Positions 48,400-62,250 of a stretch of DNA of 64,000 bases are shown here, in pieces. The notes below the pieces were generated by a model. The model made no database searches, was not told where the DNA came from, and saw nothing but the letters and a program-made list of their open reading frames with translations. Origin of the DNA: Oculina patagonica (taxonomy: Eukaryota); NCBI RefSeq assembly GCF_052425735.1, contig NC_135761.1:52266001-52330000 (forward strand). The letters run 5' to 3'. The position numbers and the translations under genes are program-made. The number at the start of each line of letters is the position of its first letter. Position 1 is the first letter of the stretch.

Positions 48400-51300
48400 A
48401 TGGTAGACAGTATGTCTACATGGTCCTCGTTAGAACTCACGCGCAATCCATTCGACAGTAGCCGAGAAGAACGCACAAACTGTCCGGGATTTAGCCCTTC
48501 GATGTTCAGCAACCAAGAAACCCCGGCGAGTCAAAAGGTAAGAGGTTTGCGTTTGAATTAGACGAGGTATTTGGTCCGAAGTTCCATTTTATTTTACTAA
48601 TAGTCCATTTTTCTTTTATTACCTTTCGATTGTCACAGAAACGGCGTAGTTTCAGGTGGTCTATAGAGCAGATTTCACGCCTGGTAAGGTGGCTAGTTTC
48701 GCTTGATCGTTCCAGCCTGTGATCGTTCTAAAAGTTGTGTTTGAAATTGTTCAATTCATATAAGCTTAAATTGAATTAAATCCTCTAAAATTGATGAAAT
48801 TCACATACTTTTATGATCGATGGTCGACTACGATAGCGAGAAATTGACAAGAAAGATACAAGGTGGTTATATTTTTTTGTGAACTGGACCAGTTGTGGAC
48901 AAAACACTGCCTCTATGAGCTTTTCCCCAATGGACTTGGATGGTCTATGGACTGCGGGGAAGTGTTCTGTCCACAACCAACTCACTGATTCAAAGCAAAT
49001 GTTATGTACTTTCATTTTTATTAATAAAAAATTATTAATAATTTAGAATCCTGCTGATATTGATGAATTTCCAAATCAAGAATATAGCAGCACATTTGAG
49101 AGGTTAGTTTTTTGATTTGTTGCCACTGTTTAATACAACATAGCTTACTGTATATGTTGTGGTTTGATTTTTATATCTCCCGTTGTTTCAGATTATGAAA
49201 GTTTTTACGAGCCAGTGAAATATAAAAATTAAACTGGTTTGAAAAACCAACAATGAAATTCAAACCACAACACATACACTCCCAGGGGGGTACTCCGACT
49301 TGTAAATGACGGGGATGATCGAATGAAGGCAAAACTCAGGACCCAAAAAAATCCCTAAGTCTTCCGACATTACCCAAAAAAACCCCTGGACCAAAAATAA
49401 CCCCCCCAAAAATCCTTTGTCACATATTACCCCAAAATTGCCAGGTGGGGCAATAACGCCGAGCCAAAGCACTTTAGTTTGTTTTAAATACCCTAAAAGA
49501 TCCCCTATTTGAATCAAGTCACCCCAAAAAATACTTGCCAAATCTTCTTACCCAAAAAAAATCCCAGAATCGAAAATTTCAAACCCAAAAAAATCCTTCG
49601 ATCATCCCCGTCATTTACAAGCCGGAGTACCCCCCTGGGCATACACTGCTATCTTTTGGGCTTTCACTTCTTATCAGTTTTTATATTTTTTATTATTATT
49701 ATTATTATAATTTTTTTGATCTACTAATGCCGGTTCTAACCGAAAGCGGGAGGCACCATTTCCAACTTTTTGACATTTCTCATGCCAACAACACACACAT
49801 TTCTGCATGGAAATTCACTGAATAACCCTCCCTCCACTTAAGGCCTAATTTCCTCAAATTTTGTGTTTTTAATTTAGGGAAGAGGATGAAATTGCAGCAC
49901 AAAAAGCTGTAGATGAGGTATGTGGTTGATTGGTGTTTTACAAAAAAATAATCAAATGATTAAAAATTAAAATCAACTTTGTTTAACAAGGGTTGCACAT
50001 AACAGTCTTTCGACTGACGAACCTGTGGCCCTTGGATTCCCGATCCAATTGGAATTTAGAAATGTTGGGTTGGAGGAAGGAAAACTGGAGAACCCGGAAA
50101 AAAATCCTCGGAGCAAGGACAAGAACTAACAACAAACTCAACTGACATATAATGCTGGGTGGGTCGATTGACCACATTGGTTGGAAGCAAGCACTCTCAC
50201 CACTGGGCCATCCCTGCTTCCCCATAAAAAGGGTGAAGTTATGAAGAAGGTCAGCTTAATGCTAGGCCACTAAAAATGCTTGGTTTAAATATATTTTGTC
50301 CTGGGTCAGGCAGGTCCATGAGTTCAAGTTTTATTAAATGTCCTTGGCATTAAATCCAGGACATATGGTGAAAGCATTTTCTTGATCTTGCCTAGGACTG
50401 ATTTGTTGATCCAGTTATCTCATGCAGTCTTCTTTGTACATTTCAGTTTTTCTCTCAAAGTTCCATTGTTCCGTCTCCATGGACACCAAACCATGAAGCT
50501 AAACATGTCAAGTTCTCTCCTTTGCCGCCTGCGACTGCCTGTGAGTATGATTGGATGCCGTCTGGAGGGACTTAATGTTCTTTATCAAATAACAGAGTAG
50601 TCTAAGAGTTCCTAGTTGTGCACACTAACTTCAATTTGTTTTTCTCCTGACTGGCAGACATTGAAGCTGAAAGTTCTGTAGAATCCTCTTATTCATCTCC
50701 TAACTCAAGTTGCAAAGCTAAAGCAGATGGTAAGAAACAAAAAAACTCAATATTATGATTGTAATCCATTTATGATGTAAAGTAAAACCAGCATGCATTA
50801 GAAGTGACCAGTCCACCGCAAGATTACAGATTTTTGGATGATGCCAAGGACTCATTCTCTCCCACCCCTTTCACCCCAGGGTCCTAACTTACCATTTTAT
50901 TGTTGGAGCAAGTCAATTAATCATTTTTCTTTTTTCTTAAATTTCAATATTGATAATTTTGTCATATTGTAGATTTCTTTTTTTCTAAAACATTTTTTTC
51001 TCTCTTATTTCAGCAAGCAGCCAGACAAAGCTTTCTCTACCTCCTGACTTTGACTTACAAAATCACTTTGGTAAGCAAAGTGGTGACCCACGTCTAAAAG
51101 TAAAAAATAAAGTATATTAAAAAAAAACTATTCATCTTGCCATGGGTGGAAAGCATGTCTCCAGATCTATCAAGTGGTCCAGGTTTGGGCCTTGGTTGCT
51201 ATAATATTTGTGTTGTGTTTTTGGGTAAGACACTTTACTCTCACAGCACCTTTCTCCACACAGGTGTATAAGTATGTACTGCCAAATTTACTGGTAGGGG

Positions 51301-54300
51301 GTAACCCAGGTGATGCAACCCTCCAAGTTAACTTTTTTTCTTAACGGCCCTTTGGCGACTATCTATTTAGGTGAAGTCGCCAAAAGAAATTTTGGTCGCC
51401 ACAATATAACCATCTGTAAATCTATGCACCAAAAAGCGTAAATGAAACAAAATTTTACCGCGAAATTTTTCCCTGGAAAAATTCAATGAAAGAAACAAAA
51501 AGAATAAAAAAGATCAGTTTATAAAAACCCAGAAACTTTTCAAAGTGAATCTTTTATGTACAGAGCAGTTTTTAATTTGAATTTTCACTAATGATAGTCT
51601 GCTCATCAAGCTCTAAAGCAGTCCTCTTGTTGTCGCCAGGATGGCGACTTGTTCTACAATTTAGTCGCCAGCTCCAAAGTTCTAGTCGCCATGGCGACTA
51701 AAATGGTCGCAACTTGGAGGGTTGTGATGGTCTAGCATGTATCCAGAGAGAGAAGTAGCTATAGCCATACTCTATTACTATGGAAACCAGTATGAACCAG
51801 AATTACAGTAGCATGGGACACGTACATGACACTGATCATCAACATCAAAAAAGCATGCTAGATATTTATTTCAGCTAAATGTTGATAAGGTGTAAAATAG
51901 CCAACATTGTTATTGTTATGACAGAAGACTTTGTAAAAACAAAAATTGTGAGACAATGCATTTCACTTTCAGATCCAGCTTATTACAACCAGGATGGTCT
52001 CAATGGCAGTAAAGACATTTCACTGTCTTCACTAAGACGGAAGCTTTTCACACAAGTAGAAAATAATGTCGCAGAGAAGAATCAACTGCAGATACCAACT
52101 AACATAAAGTAAGCAACACTACAGTGTGTTTATGCATTGGTTTGTGGCATGCCTATTTTGGGCATTATTTTTATTAAATTAGCACCTTTCTTGATCAGAT
52201 TTTTCTATCTCCAAGGAAAAAATAAATTTTGAACAATAACTGAAAAATTATAATTTATTGCTTGCATAGCTGGTCATAATATTATATTTTATTAACTGTT
52301 TTTGTTTTAACCTTTTTATTTGTTACAAATGTAGATCCATCTTAAAGAGTCCCAAAAGTCCTCTTTTGGTAAGTTGATAATTACCGGTAACCTAAAAGTT
52401 TCACCTAATTGTATACAGACACTTAAGTTATGCATGCCCTTTTGGTGTCAGTATTAACCTTTTCCACTGTTTTAAGACTCCTATGCATAGATTACCTCTT
52501 TTAGGCACGGGAAGAAAGTTGCTAAGCCTAGCTTTGCAAATTTTTCTACTTAAGTGGGATAGTTTTCATAGTTTTTTTGGTTAACAGAGAATTGTTGTAG
52601 TCTTACAGAATGAGCTACATGTAAGTGTTTAAACGGGTACAATCTTGTGGTAAATAAATAAAAATAAAAAAGTCACTTACTGTGCTTTTAATCATACACA
52701 GCAGCGTGCCATTTGAAAAAGCTTTTGATTTATTTTTGACAAATTTGGCTTTTGTTTGAACTGGCCAATAAAAGTGTAAGAATTGTGAGAGGCATACATG
52801 TAGTTATCAAGTTCCATGTCTGCTCTATAATATTATTGTCAACTCTGCTTTTATCACTTTTTGCACGATTGGCCAATTGAAACAGAAGTTTTCATAAAGA
52901 TGTCAAAAACTTGTCAAACATTAATAAAAACTTGTGTGATGTGGCAATGGTTCGATGCCCAGGAAGTAATATCACAGGGGACCCAAACGCTGTATTAGTT
53001 ATTCATAATCTTAAAATAAAAATGTTCTTATTTACCTGCGTTCCTGTGTCTTTTTTCACTGGTTTGGGGGCAATTTGAATTTACAAAGGCGGTTTACGTT
53101 GCGAGTTTTAAACGGTAAATCGGTCTAATAGTTAATGTTAGTAACTTGAGTTAATAACAATTGAAACTTGAGGCGCGTTGTATTGACATTGCGACAGATC
53201 GATTAGGCCTGTTTCACACTAGCGACATAACGGCATGGACATAACGACATAAAGAAAAGTTTCAATTCTTTCCTTATGTCGTTATGCTTAAATAAAATAA
53301 AAAATAAAAATAAATATGTGTTTATAGTGGTCATGCACTTAGCTTCATATCTCAACGAGATAGCTAGTTTACAGGCATGCCACTGAAACAGAGGAAACAA
53401 ATAATTTATAAATGAACATAACAGGGTTAAAAATCCCAACTGGTAGGAGGCAGACCAGTTGGCTATATACAAAGCGTGGTCGAGGATTTGAACTCGGGAC
53501 AACCGAGAAACAAATCCAGCTAGTGGCAAGGGCAGGCCTCGAACCGGTGACCTCTGGATTACAACACCAGCGCCCTAAACCACTCGGCCACGCTTGCCTC
53601 CTCCAGCTTATGTCATTATGTTCCAACTATGTCGTTATGTTATGTTGTTCACACTGGTGACATAAAACATCAATGTGAGGTGTTTTTTGCATTTGCAAGA
53701 CCTTGCCGTTATGTCGCTAGTGTGAACCAGGCCTTACCGTTTTCTTTGCTCTGATTCAAACCCTCCAAACCGGTTATATAAAAAAAAACCCACAGGAACG
53801 CAGGTAAATATGAATTTTTATTGTAAGATAATGAATATAACTAATACAGTGTTTGGGTTCCCTGTGGTAATATCAACTTTTTTATAATTTTAAGGTCACA
53901 TCAAGCCCAGTGTCTGACCAATCAACACCAAAACATGCAATGAGGAACAGACACTCAACTGCTAGCACCATGTCAAGTCCAAACATATCTCCAATAAAAC
54001 CATTTATGTCTGTCCCCGAGACACCCACCTCTGCCAGAAAGGTTTATCTTTCAAGACAGAGTATGAGCCCAATGGAGTGTTCAACAAACGTACTTGACTC
54101 ATCTGGGATTGAAATCATAGGCGATGCCCTTCCAGATCTGTCTCCAATCAAAGCAAATACTAAAACAAGCTGCAACCACATTGAGGAAATGAACCTCGCA
54201 AATGGTACGTTATGTAGCTTGCATGAAGTGTTAACCTCTATAACCAAGGAGTCTGGGGTCGACAACAATGTAACGCATCACTGGTCTTCGAGAATAGCGT

Positions 54301-57300
54301 CCTTGGCAATATTTTTGCGTGAATATTTTCAAGTGTTTGTCAACTCGTCCTTGAGCAAACGTTTGGCCTAAGTAATTTATCGTTTGATTAAGGCGATCTA
54401 GTTGAGTTTAACTGAAAATGTAGCAGCGAGTTGCTTTGCGCTGTGTTGCTAAAGTTTTGATGCAAGTTCGATTGAAATCACACGAGAAATAATTGTATGA
54501 TGGAAATCGAAGACGAATCGCCGCATTCCACAGGTTTGGTGATTGTGATAACTTTATGTAAACAAGTCTACTGTAGTTACGCTTTTACACCCCAGTAAAG
54601 CAAATCGAGTGCTATACACAATTTATTTTTAAATTTTCCTTCTTTTATCTTGACAAGTAGTTATCACTCTCAAATGATCAGTCGTGGCTACTATGAAAAT
54701 CGTACAATTTTATGGCGAAATGAGCAATATATAAATTTAAAGTAAAGTATTGGAAAATATTGGCCTTCCAACTACACAATGTTATAACTTCTGCAATATT
54801 TTCATGCATATGCTACTTATTAAGTCTGTAACTTGATCTTACATCCCAGTGGGTCGTGTAAGGGGAGTGATCGCGAAGACCTAGCTGTGTACATGTAGTT
54901 ATATGTATAAAGTACTTAAAGTTTAAACTTCTAGCCATTTTACTTAGAAGATGTACCGGTCGGTAGCTAGTGATTACAGCCATCTCAATTTAGCATTACA
55001 CACTTCCTAAAAGCGGGATTCTAAATATAGGGCCTTTTAAGTGTTTTTCATAGGAAGCCTACGATGGCAGTGCTGAGGGATGTGGCTATATTCACAAGGT
55101 ACAGAGGATACAATACTGTAGTAAAAACTAATGTCTTTATTTTTCAGAAGCAAAAGATGCAGAAAATCCAAATAATTCAATTGATGATGGAGGTCCATTG
55201 GAAGTATCGGCACTGTCTGTAAAGGATGACAACAATGGAGACGACAAGGAAAGAGAAAATATTGATGACGATGATGATGATGATGAGATGCCACCTAAAA
55301 TCACAATGGAGGACTTAGCTGATGATTTAGATTCCACTGAAGAGAACAGCAGTGGCCATGGTACAGATTCGCCACCGATGAAGTTTGAAGAATTGACTCC
55401 AAGGGTGAAACCAGTTCCTGATAAAGCTGTCACAGAAGCTTTGAATGCCGAGAGTTCTGGACATGAAGACATGGCTGTTGAGGAACCCAAGTTTTCAAAG
55501 GAGAGCAGTATGGATGTTGAAGACATTGGCTCACACTTTAGTCAAGAACCTAAGAGTGATGACCACGTAAATGAACATTCAAGACTTAGAAAAGACAATG
55601 CAAGTAGACCCCCTGCAGGTTCCAGCCACAGAAGTTGGCAAACAAGGGATTATAGTACTGCAGAAGGTTTTCATAAATCTATTCATCTTAATGAACTTGA
55701 CGATGATGTTATTATGATGAGAGCGAAAGCTGCATTAAGAAGAGCAAATAGGTTTTCTCCAACTAAAGGTACAAGCAGCTACTCCTTTGATCCACACAGT
55801 TTGACACTGTCGGATTTGAGTTTAAGCGTATCAGCAGCATGGGATCCAGTCCGTATGTCTACACCTCTAGTCCCGCAGCCTGGTGCCTCCAGTAAATACA
55901 GAAGTCATAGAGATCATGACAGTCACTATGGTTACAAATCCATCAGTAGATCACATAGGCATGATAATGCAGGTGTAACGTATGACGAGGAGTCTGGACT
56001 AGGCAGAAGTGCTGGGGACATGGGATCACATCAGTTTAATGGGTTTTCTGGGAAGAGACTATCTCCAGCTGTGGAGGATATAATTCGAAGGAGGAAACTG
56101 CAGGGAGGATTTGAAGGTAAGTCTAAGGAAGCCGCCGGCTTTCGATTTCCAGGGTTCATACGGGTCCTGGAAAACCTGGACAGTCTTGGAATTTTATTGT
56201 GTCGTTTTTCTAGGACTGGAAAGTTCCTGGAAAAAGACTACCAGTCCTGGAAATCTGGAACAACTGAATTCTCACAACTAACATATATATGTGATAGAGT
56301 TAAGCACAGACCTGAGGACAATATGTATTTTTTTATTATTTTTGTGAAGATTGAAGGGTATAAATTAACTAGTTTCAGTCTAATATTTTGAGAAAAATTA
56401 AATAACGAATTCAGGGTGTCCCTTTGTCGGCAGAGAAGTTTCTTTATCTGAAGAATTCATGCAACTTTAATCTTCCGCTTTAAATAACTCTTATTGCCCC
56501 TACCCTACCCTTTCAGTTTGGCCATTTAGTTTTGACAAAACATAAGTTTTTCTAATTTTTGCAGGACGGTACCCATTGTCCACATCTTGGAAGAAATCAA
56601 GTTCTCGTGTGTTCCCTTCCAAGTATGACAGCAAGTGGCAGCTTTCACACACTCATCCCATGTCATATGTAGAATGGAAAGCTCTGTATTGGAGACCTCC
56701 TGGAGATCCTTTAACGCGGAGAGAAAACAACCAGTGTTACACAAGCCAATATGGTTATGAGACAGACTTCAAAAGGTATGTTAAATAACAAAAACTTGAT
56801 TGAACAGCAAGGTTGAAAAGGGTAATTATTTCTTTTATCAAATCAATGAGTTGAAGTCTATCCTTGTGCCAATTTTGTCTGTATCATGTGATTAATATAA
56901 ATTATATTTTTTGATACTGTTTACTAAAATGATACACATAACAGTATTACATTTCACCATCCAGAGACTCTGGAAGGTGAATCTGTTTTGAGAGGAAGTT
57001 ATCCTACTATTATGCAGACTCCAGCACAACTGAAAACCTTTGCCCTTCTTCTTAAAACTATACACCCCTACTGGTGCGTTGTGAGACATAACAGTATTAC
57101 AAGTTTTAAACCTGCTTTTTCTGACTGAGTATTCAACATTTAATCTCTATAATTCAATATAACCTCTGTTGGTGATAACATCAATTTTCCACATATATCA
57201 TCTGGCGATAAAAGTATTTTGAATTAAAGAAAAGATAACTTAGGTATATTGTCTGTTGTTGGTACTGATTTGTCAAGTTACACCCGCTTTTAGTGTTACG

Positions 57301-57995
57301 TGCATAGCGGCTATCTTTTGACTTCCATGTTTCAACATGCTAAACAAACAAGATGGATTAAAATCCACCAATCACAGCCCACTTGCATGACCTTCTGAAC
57401 TTGTGGGCTCATTTGCATAAAACAAACACTGGTATGCATCCAGTCTGGAAAACATGTATGTTACGCCGAAGATCTTGGCGGGGAGCCGATAATTTACGCC
57501 ATCTTCTGGCGTATTTCATAGGGATTTGGCGAAAACTCGGCATATCAAATACGAACTTTCCAGTGTGGGTATGCATCAGTTTTGATTGGCTCATTTTAAA
57601 CAGCACGTCACATTGAAAGACGATGTTGAAAGATGGATGTTGAAAGATGGCCACTGTGTACGTAATACTGAAAGCAGGTGTAAATTTTATCAAGCTTCAG
57701 ATGGAAAAAGTCAAATGACATTTTTTTCTGCAGATCTTCATGGCCACCAAGGTCTTCCTCCTCCAAGATGATCTATGGTTCACGTCCACTGTCCCCCCCT
57801 GTGACCTTCCCACCAGCAAAGATTCCTAGAGCAGTTCCAGGAGGGTTTGTGTCAAAGATTGCCTTGCCTTCTTATCATGATTATAACAGTGACAGTGGTT
57901 ATTCAGAATGGCAGCGGAGCGGCAGTCGATGGGAAAACACAGCAAGAAGTCAACACAGTTCAATGGGTTATGCTGGAGAGTTCCGATACTATTAG
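48400..57995 (+). CDS. BORA: Protein aurora borealis (Aurora-A activator), ~13 coding exons, ~800 aa
   Basis: RNPFD...FSPSMF...TP...FRWSIEQISRLNPADID; AQKAVDEFFSQSSIVPSPWT; SQTKLSLPPDFDL; SLSSLRRKLF; MSSPNISP; terminal-exon DSGYSE degron-like motif. Splice phases were checked for the first and last exons. Confidence 0.88.
49281..49639. mobile_element. MITE with 8-bp TSD in a BORA intron
   Basis: catacact|cccaggggggtactccgacttgtaaatgacggggatgatcgaa ... ttcgatcatccccgtcatttacaagccggagtacccccctggg|catacact. Confidence 0.85.
49985..50221 (-). mobile_element. SINE-like repeat
   Basis: The minus strand starts ggggaagcagggatggcccagtggtgagagtgc (tRNA A-box-like). Confidence 0.5.
51316..51724. mobile_element. 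hAT5-like MITE (5-bp TSD) inserted into a SINE
   Basis: tgatg|caaccctccaagtt ... aacttggagggttg|tgatg; subterminal gtcgcc/ggcgac repeats. The SINE sequence continues on both sides. Confidence 0.75.
52973..53866. mobile_element. P-element-like MITE (7-bp TSD) containing a Harbinger-like MITE and a SINE
   Basis: gtaatat|cacaggggacccaaacgctgtattag ... ctaatacagtgtttgggttccctgtg|gtaatat. Confidence 0.75.
53206..53733. mobile_element. PIF/Harbinger-like MITE (TTA TSD)
   Basis: tta|ggcctgtttcacactagcgacataacggca ... tgccgttatgtcgctagtgtgaaccaggcc|tta. Confidence 0.75.
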
Positions 57996-59320
57996 AGACA
58001 GTACTAAACTTATGAACTGTGTACATGTAGGAAGGCTAAGTATTATTTTTTTGACAGAAATTACTTATTGACTGAGTAGGGGGGCCAGGCAGTACTTTTA
58101 TATTCACTTGACTATTAGTAACGAGAAGGGCCGCATGAGATAGTATTTTTGGATTGAGTAGGGCCTTAAGCCAGATTGATGCATGCTTACTGCCTGAGTA
58201 GGAAGGGTCAGTGAGCAAATCTTTAACTCAAAGCCACGATGACCCACTCAGTGCAGCAAGTTCTATTTAGTTACCAAGACTCAACCAAAATTAGTCAATG
58301 CAGTGTTTTCTCAGAAAGATTTCTTAAGAGCTACATGAGAAGCTGAAGTGCAAAGGACTGGACAGTAATATCCAATGCAGATTTGCCAGGTCCATTGGCA
58401 ATTCTCCTGCAATCCACTTTGACTTGCAAAAACTTTTTAGAACAAGACCATTTCTCCTTTCATTAGGTTGGTTTAAATGTCTCCACAAGATTATGGTTGA
58501 GTGTAAATAGAAAGACATAGTATTTTTCAAGATGGGATGTAGTTATTGCTTACAATTGATTTTGGGATAACTATTGTTAAGTGGTTTTGGTTGTTTTTTT
58601 TTTTTTTTTTTTTCCTCCTTTTTTTTTCCAATGTTAATATTATTGATTCTCAACACAGTCTATTTCAATCATGTTGATTGGCATTGCCTGTTGTATATAC
58701 ATTTCAGTTTTTATTGTAGAACTTCACACTTAGTGGTTTTATAACTCCGTGTTTAATTAACTTTTTTTTATGTTGTGTACATACAGTATTTATCAGTACT
58801 GATAATTTTTTTAAGCAACGTTTATGCACTTTGTGAGTGCTTTAAAGCTCTGTGTATATAGTCTCTTGATTGTTGTCCATTGCTCTGACGTTTTGTACAC
58901 CCACCAGACGAGATTTGCACCAAAACTGATTAGATTAAACAATTCTTTGAATCAGTGTGTTGACCTGTGATTGAAATTCATTAAATTAATATATATTTGT
59001 CTTTTGAACCACTTACAGTTGTAATTTTTGGCTAAGAGAAATATTTATCTTTCAAACATTCATTTTGCATGAAGCTTGTCTATAGTATAGCAGTTTCCAT
59101 ATTTTTATAGCTGTACAAAATAAATAAATTTATATTACAAAATGACATGCAAATAATATTGTTTTTATTTGTTTGAAATAAAGGTGAGATTTACTGTAGG
59201 CTTGTCAGTGACCCATTAACTCCTAAACTGGCCAAAATTAGCCTTCAGGGGCTATTTTCCTCCTGCTAATTGTGATTCCATCACTTTTCATGCCCAGTTT
59301 TTAATAATCGACCAATTTTT

Positions 59321-59993
59321 ATACCTAATCGTACCTTTTTGGTACGCTTCGGCGGCATATCAGGCGAGTTTGGTCGAGCCATGGTTCGTATTTTGGCGAG
59401 ACGCAGTCGAGCCAAAATACCCATGGCGAGACCAAACGAGCCTGATATGCAGTCGAAGCGTACCAAAAAGGTACGATTAGGTATTTACCGTACCCAAATT
59501 CAGCCAAAAGTCCGGTTATATTTTTCGCTCTGTTGAAGCCATGCTTGCAAAAAACGTACTGCAAATTATGTTGACTTGGACTTCAACACTTTTACCAAGT
59601 TCTTCTTCTGCCTTTTTTCCACTCGTTTGTTTAGGGTTTCATTCTCTAAATTTTCAAAATCAAAATCAAGCGAAAAATTTGGAAATTCCGACTCCATTTT
59701 TTCATTTTCATTTTTTACTCGTCGGCAAACATCGTGCAATTGGCAAGCGCACTCAAGTTTAGTTTTGGCGGGAAAGTTTTTCTCTTTTTACGACCGCTAA
59801 ACACCGCTAAATTTAAATTACAAAGTTCTGTTTTTATTGGTAAAACCTCCTCCTTAATTCATCGTACAGTAACACTACTTTACTTCAAAGCGACCGTGAT
59901 ATGGGGCATATCAGGTCAGTGACTTGATATCGTAGGATATCAGGACAGTAGATCGCGCTTCTGATTGGCTACTTGCGAATTTGGGTACGGTAA
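59321..59993. mobile_element. Two adjacent palindromic MITEs
   Basis: atacctaatcgtacctttttggtacgcttcg...cgaagcgtaccaaaaaggtacgattaggtat (59321-59484), then ttaccgtacccaaattc...gaatttgggtacggtaa (59485-59993). Confidence 0.7.
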
Positions 59994-60473
59994 AGTAGTA
60001 AACTGGTATAAGGCATGCCAATACAGTCATGATAGAATAAATAAGCAATAACAAAGTTTCAAAACACATGCAGGCATCAGGAAAAAATCCAATAGTCAAG
60101 TAAGCGAGTAAGACGAGAGATACATACACTGAACTTATTTATTTGAAAATTACCCTTCATCCCTACCATAAACAATTTTGGTTAAAAATGTAAAACTTTT
60201 CTCAATGTTTTGGTGGAACTAAATACCTAAAGGTTACTATTTTTAGCAGCTACTAATTTAGTGATTTTTTCTGAGCAAGATTTAGGGACTAATTAAGTGA
60301 TTTTCCAAAAATTTTAAAAATTTAGTGATAGCTTGTAAACCAATTTTTAAAAAACATACAGCAAGATGGAAATAAATGTTCAGTGAAAGAACAAACTCAC
60401 TTAAAATTAAACCTTTGCATTGCCAGAAAAAAAAACAGTCTCCATATTTTCAAGGAATTTTTCAGTTGATGTT

Positions 60474-60505
<32 letters not shown>

Positions 60506-62005
60506 GGGGGGGATTTAACTACCATAAGTTTCAATCTTGCAAACTTCCTTCATACAGTGGTATACCAATTTCTCAAACCTCCAAGGGAAAGAACATTTGG
60601 TTTGAGAAATTGTGGTAAAATTGCACTGTTTGTCTAAAGGAAGGGAAAACATTTCTCATTTGCATTGTCATGAAGTTGAAAAATCAAGCTGAGGGTTTGA
60701 GAAATTGAGATTCCACTGTACTTCTAAGAGTATAAAGGTCAGGTTCAGCTTCACTTGGAATAATTTGAAATAAGCTTGTGTCACTTATTGAATAACATCT
60801 TCCTCATTGTATTTCTACTCATTTATCATATACCAGTATTTCTTTCCTAACACACATTTGCTTGCATACAGAAAAGTCTTCACACCAGTTTCAGTTCCCT
60901 CGATCTGTTATCCTAGGCAGTAAATAAAGCTGTTATGGACCATTTACCAGGAGGTAAAGTCCTCAAGCTTTATATCTCCGCCTCAGATTTGCGCAGTGTT
61001 TATCATCATCAACTGGTGCAAAGCACTTGCTTAAATAGACTGCCTTATAGTTAATCTATATACACAAAGAATTAGTTTAGATTACTAAAACTAAGCTTAT
61101 CTTAAAAACCAAAAAGAATGATAAACGAAATCAACCACCTTACAAAAAACATTAGCTACAAACTAGAAACAACGACAAAATGAAATTCCCTACAAAGAAG
61201 AGACAGCCTACAACAAAGAAAGAAAAAGAGAAGTAAACAACATTGACAATACGACAAAAAAAAGCAATCACAGGCATCCATAATCTTTTGTCGTCATTTC
61301 AAACAACGTTTGATCGGCTAAGGAAAACATTGACGAATTCATCTGCCCATGAATTAACACAAGTACAAACTATAACAAGAACACGTTACATACAAATAAA
61401 GAATCAGAATGAATTACTTGCTCTTCATTGACCACGAAGGTCTCAGACTTAAACTAAATGAGTAAATGGAAGTTGTAACGAACTCCATTCATCATGGCGG
61501 AAAGTATCTTTTTGAATTTTCCTTTATTGCAAGGCGTTCCTCTCGACCGCGAAAAGCCTGGATACTATTGGACAACCGCTGACTTTTGACCGCGGTCGCT
61601 CTCCAGACTTCTGGGTTGTTCTCATGGTCTCGGAAGTTTTCTTTTCGATTCTTTACTCGTTCTTCAAAATTCAAGAAAAATTGAGAAAAGAAATTCATGG
61701 GAACTAGAATATTGGAGCAAAGTAAGACATTTGTTAGGAAAATTAAGTTTGATGTTACTGACAGAAATTTTGCCTCGTTGATCGAACTTGAGAAGGCTCA
61801 AGGAGGGGCTGGGAAGTTTTTTTCCCTTTTCAGTTTCAATTGTACAAGTTTTTTTTGTGGCTTGTTCCATACATTTCTTTTTAGTCTCTTGCTTTTTGCA
61901 CGATTTTTCCCACGTTTCATCCGTATAGGACGTTTTTCGGTAGTTGCCCATCCCCCCACCCCCTCCCCCCATAATGGAACTAGACTATTGAGCAGTGCGA
62001 ACAAT

Positions 62006-62250
62006 AGGGATCATGAATGGTCCCTCAAAATGTCGCAGTGCTCGCAAATGCTCGCAAAATTTTTGTGGGTGCTCGTTTGCTCGTGCTCGCACAATTTTAC
62101 AAGTGCTCGCATGCTCGGTTTTTAGTGAAGGTAGGTTTTTGAAAAGTGCTCGTTGCTCGCAAGGCTAATTTTTGTCAATGCTCGTGCTCGCAAAGAAAAA
62201 CGCTGTGCTCGCATGCTCGCAAATGCTCGCAAAGACCATTTGATACCCCT
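62006..62250. mobile_element. hAT-like MITE with many TGCTCG subterminal repeats
   Basis: Imperfect TIRs agggatcatgaatggtc / gaccatttgatacccct and more than 10 tgctcg motifs. Confidence 0.55.
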
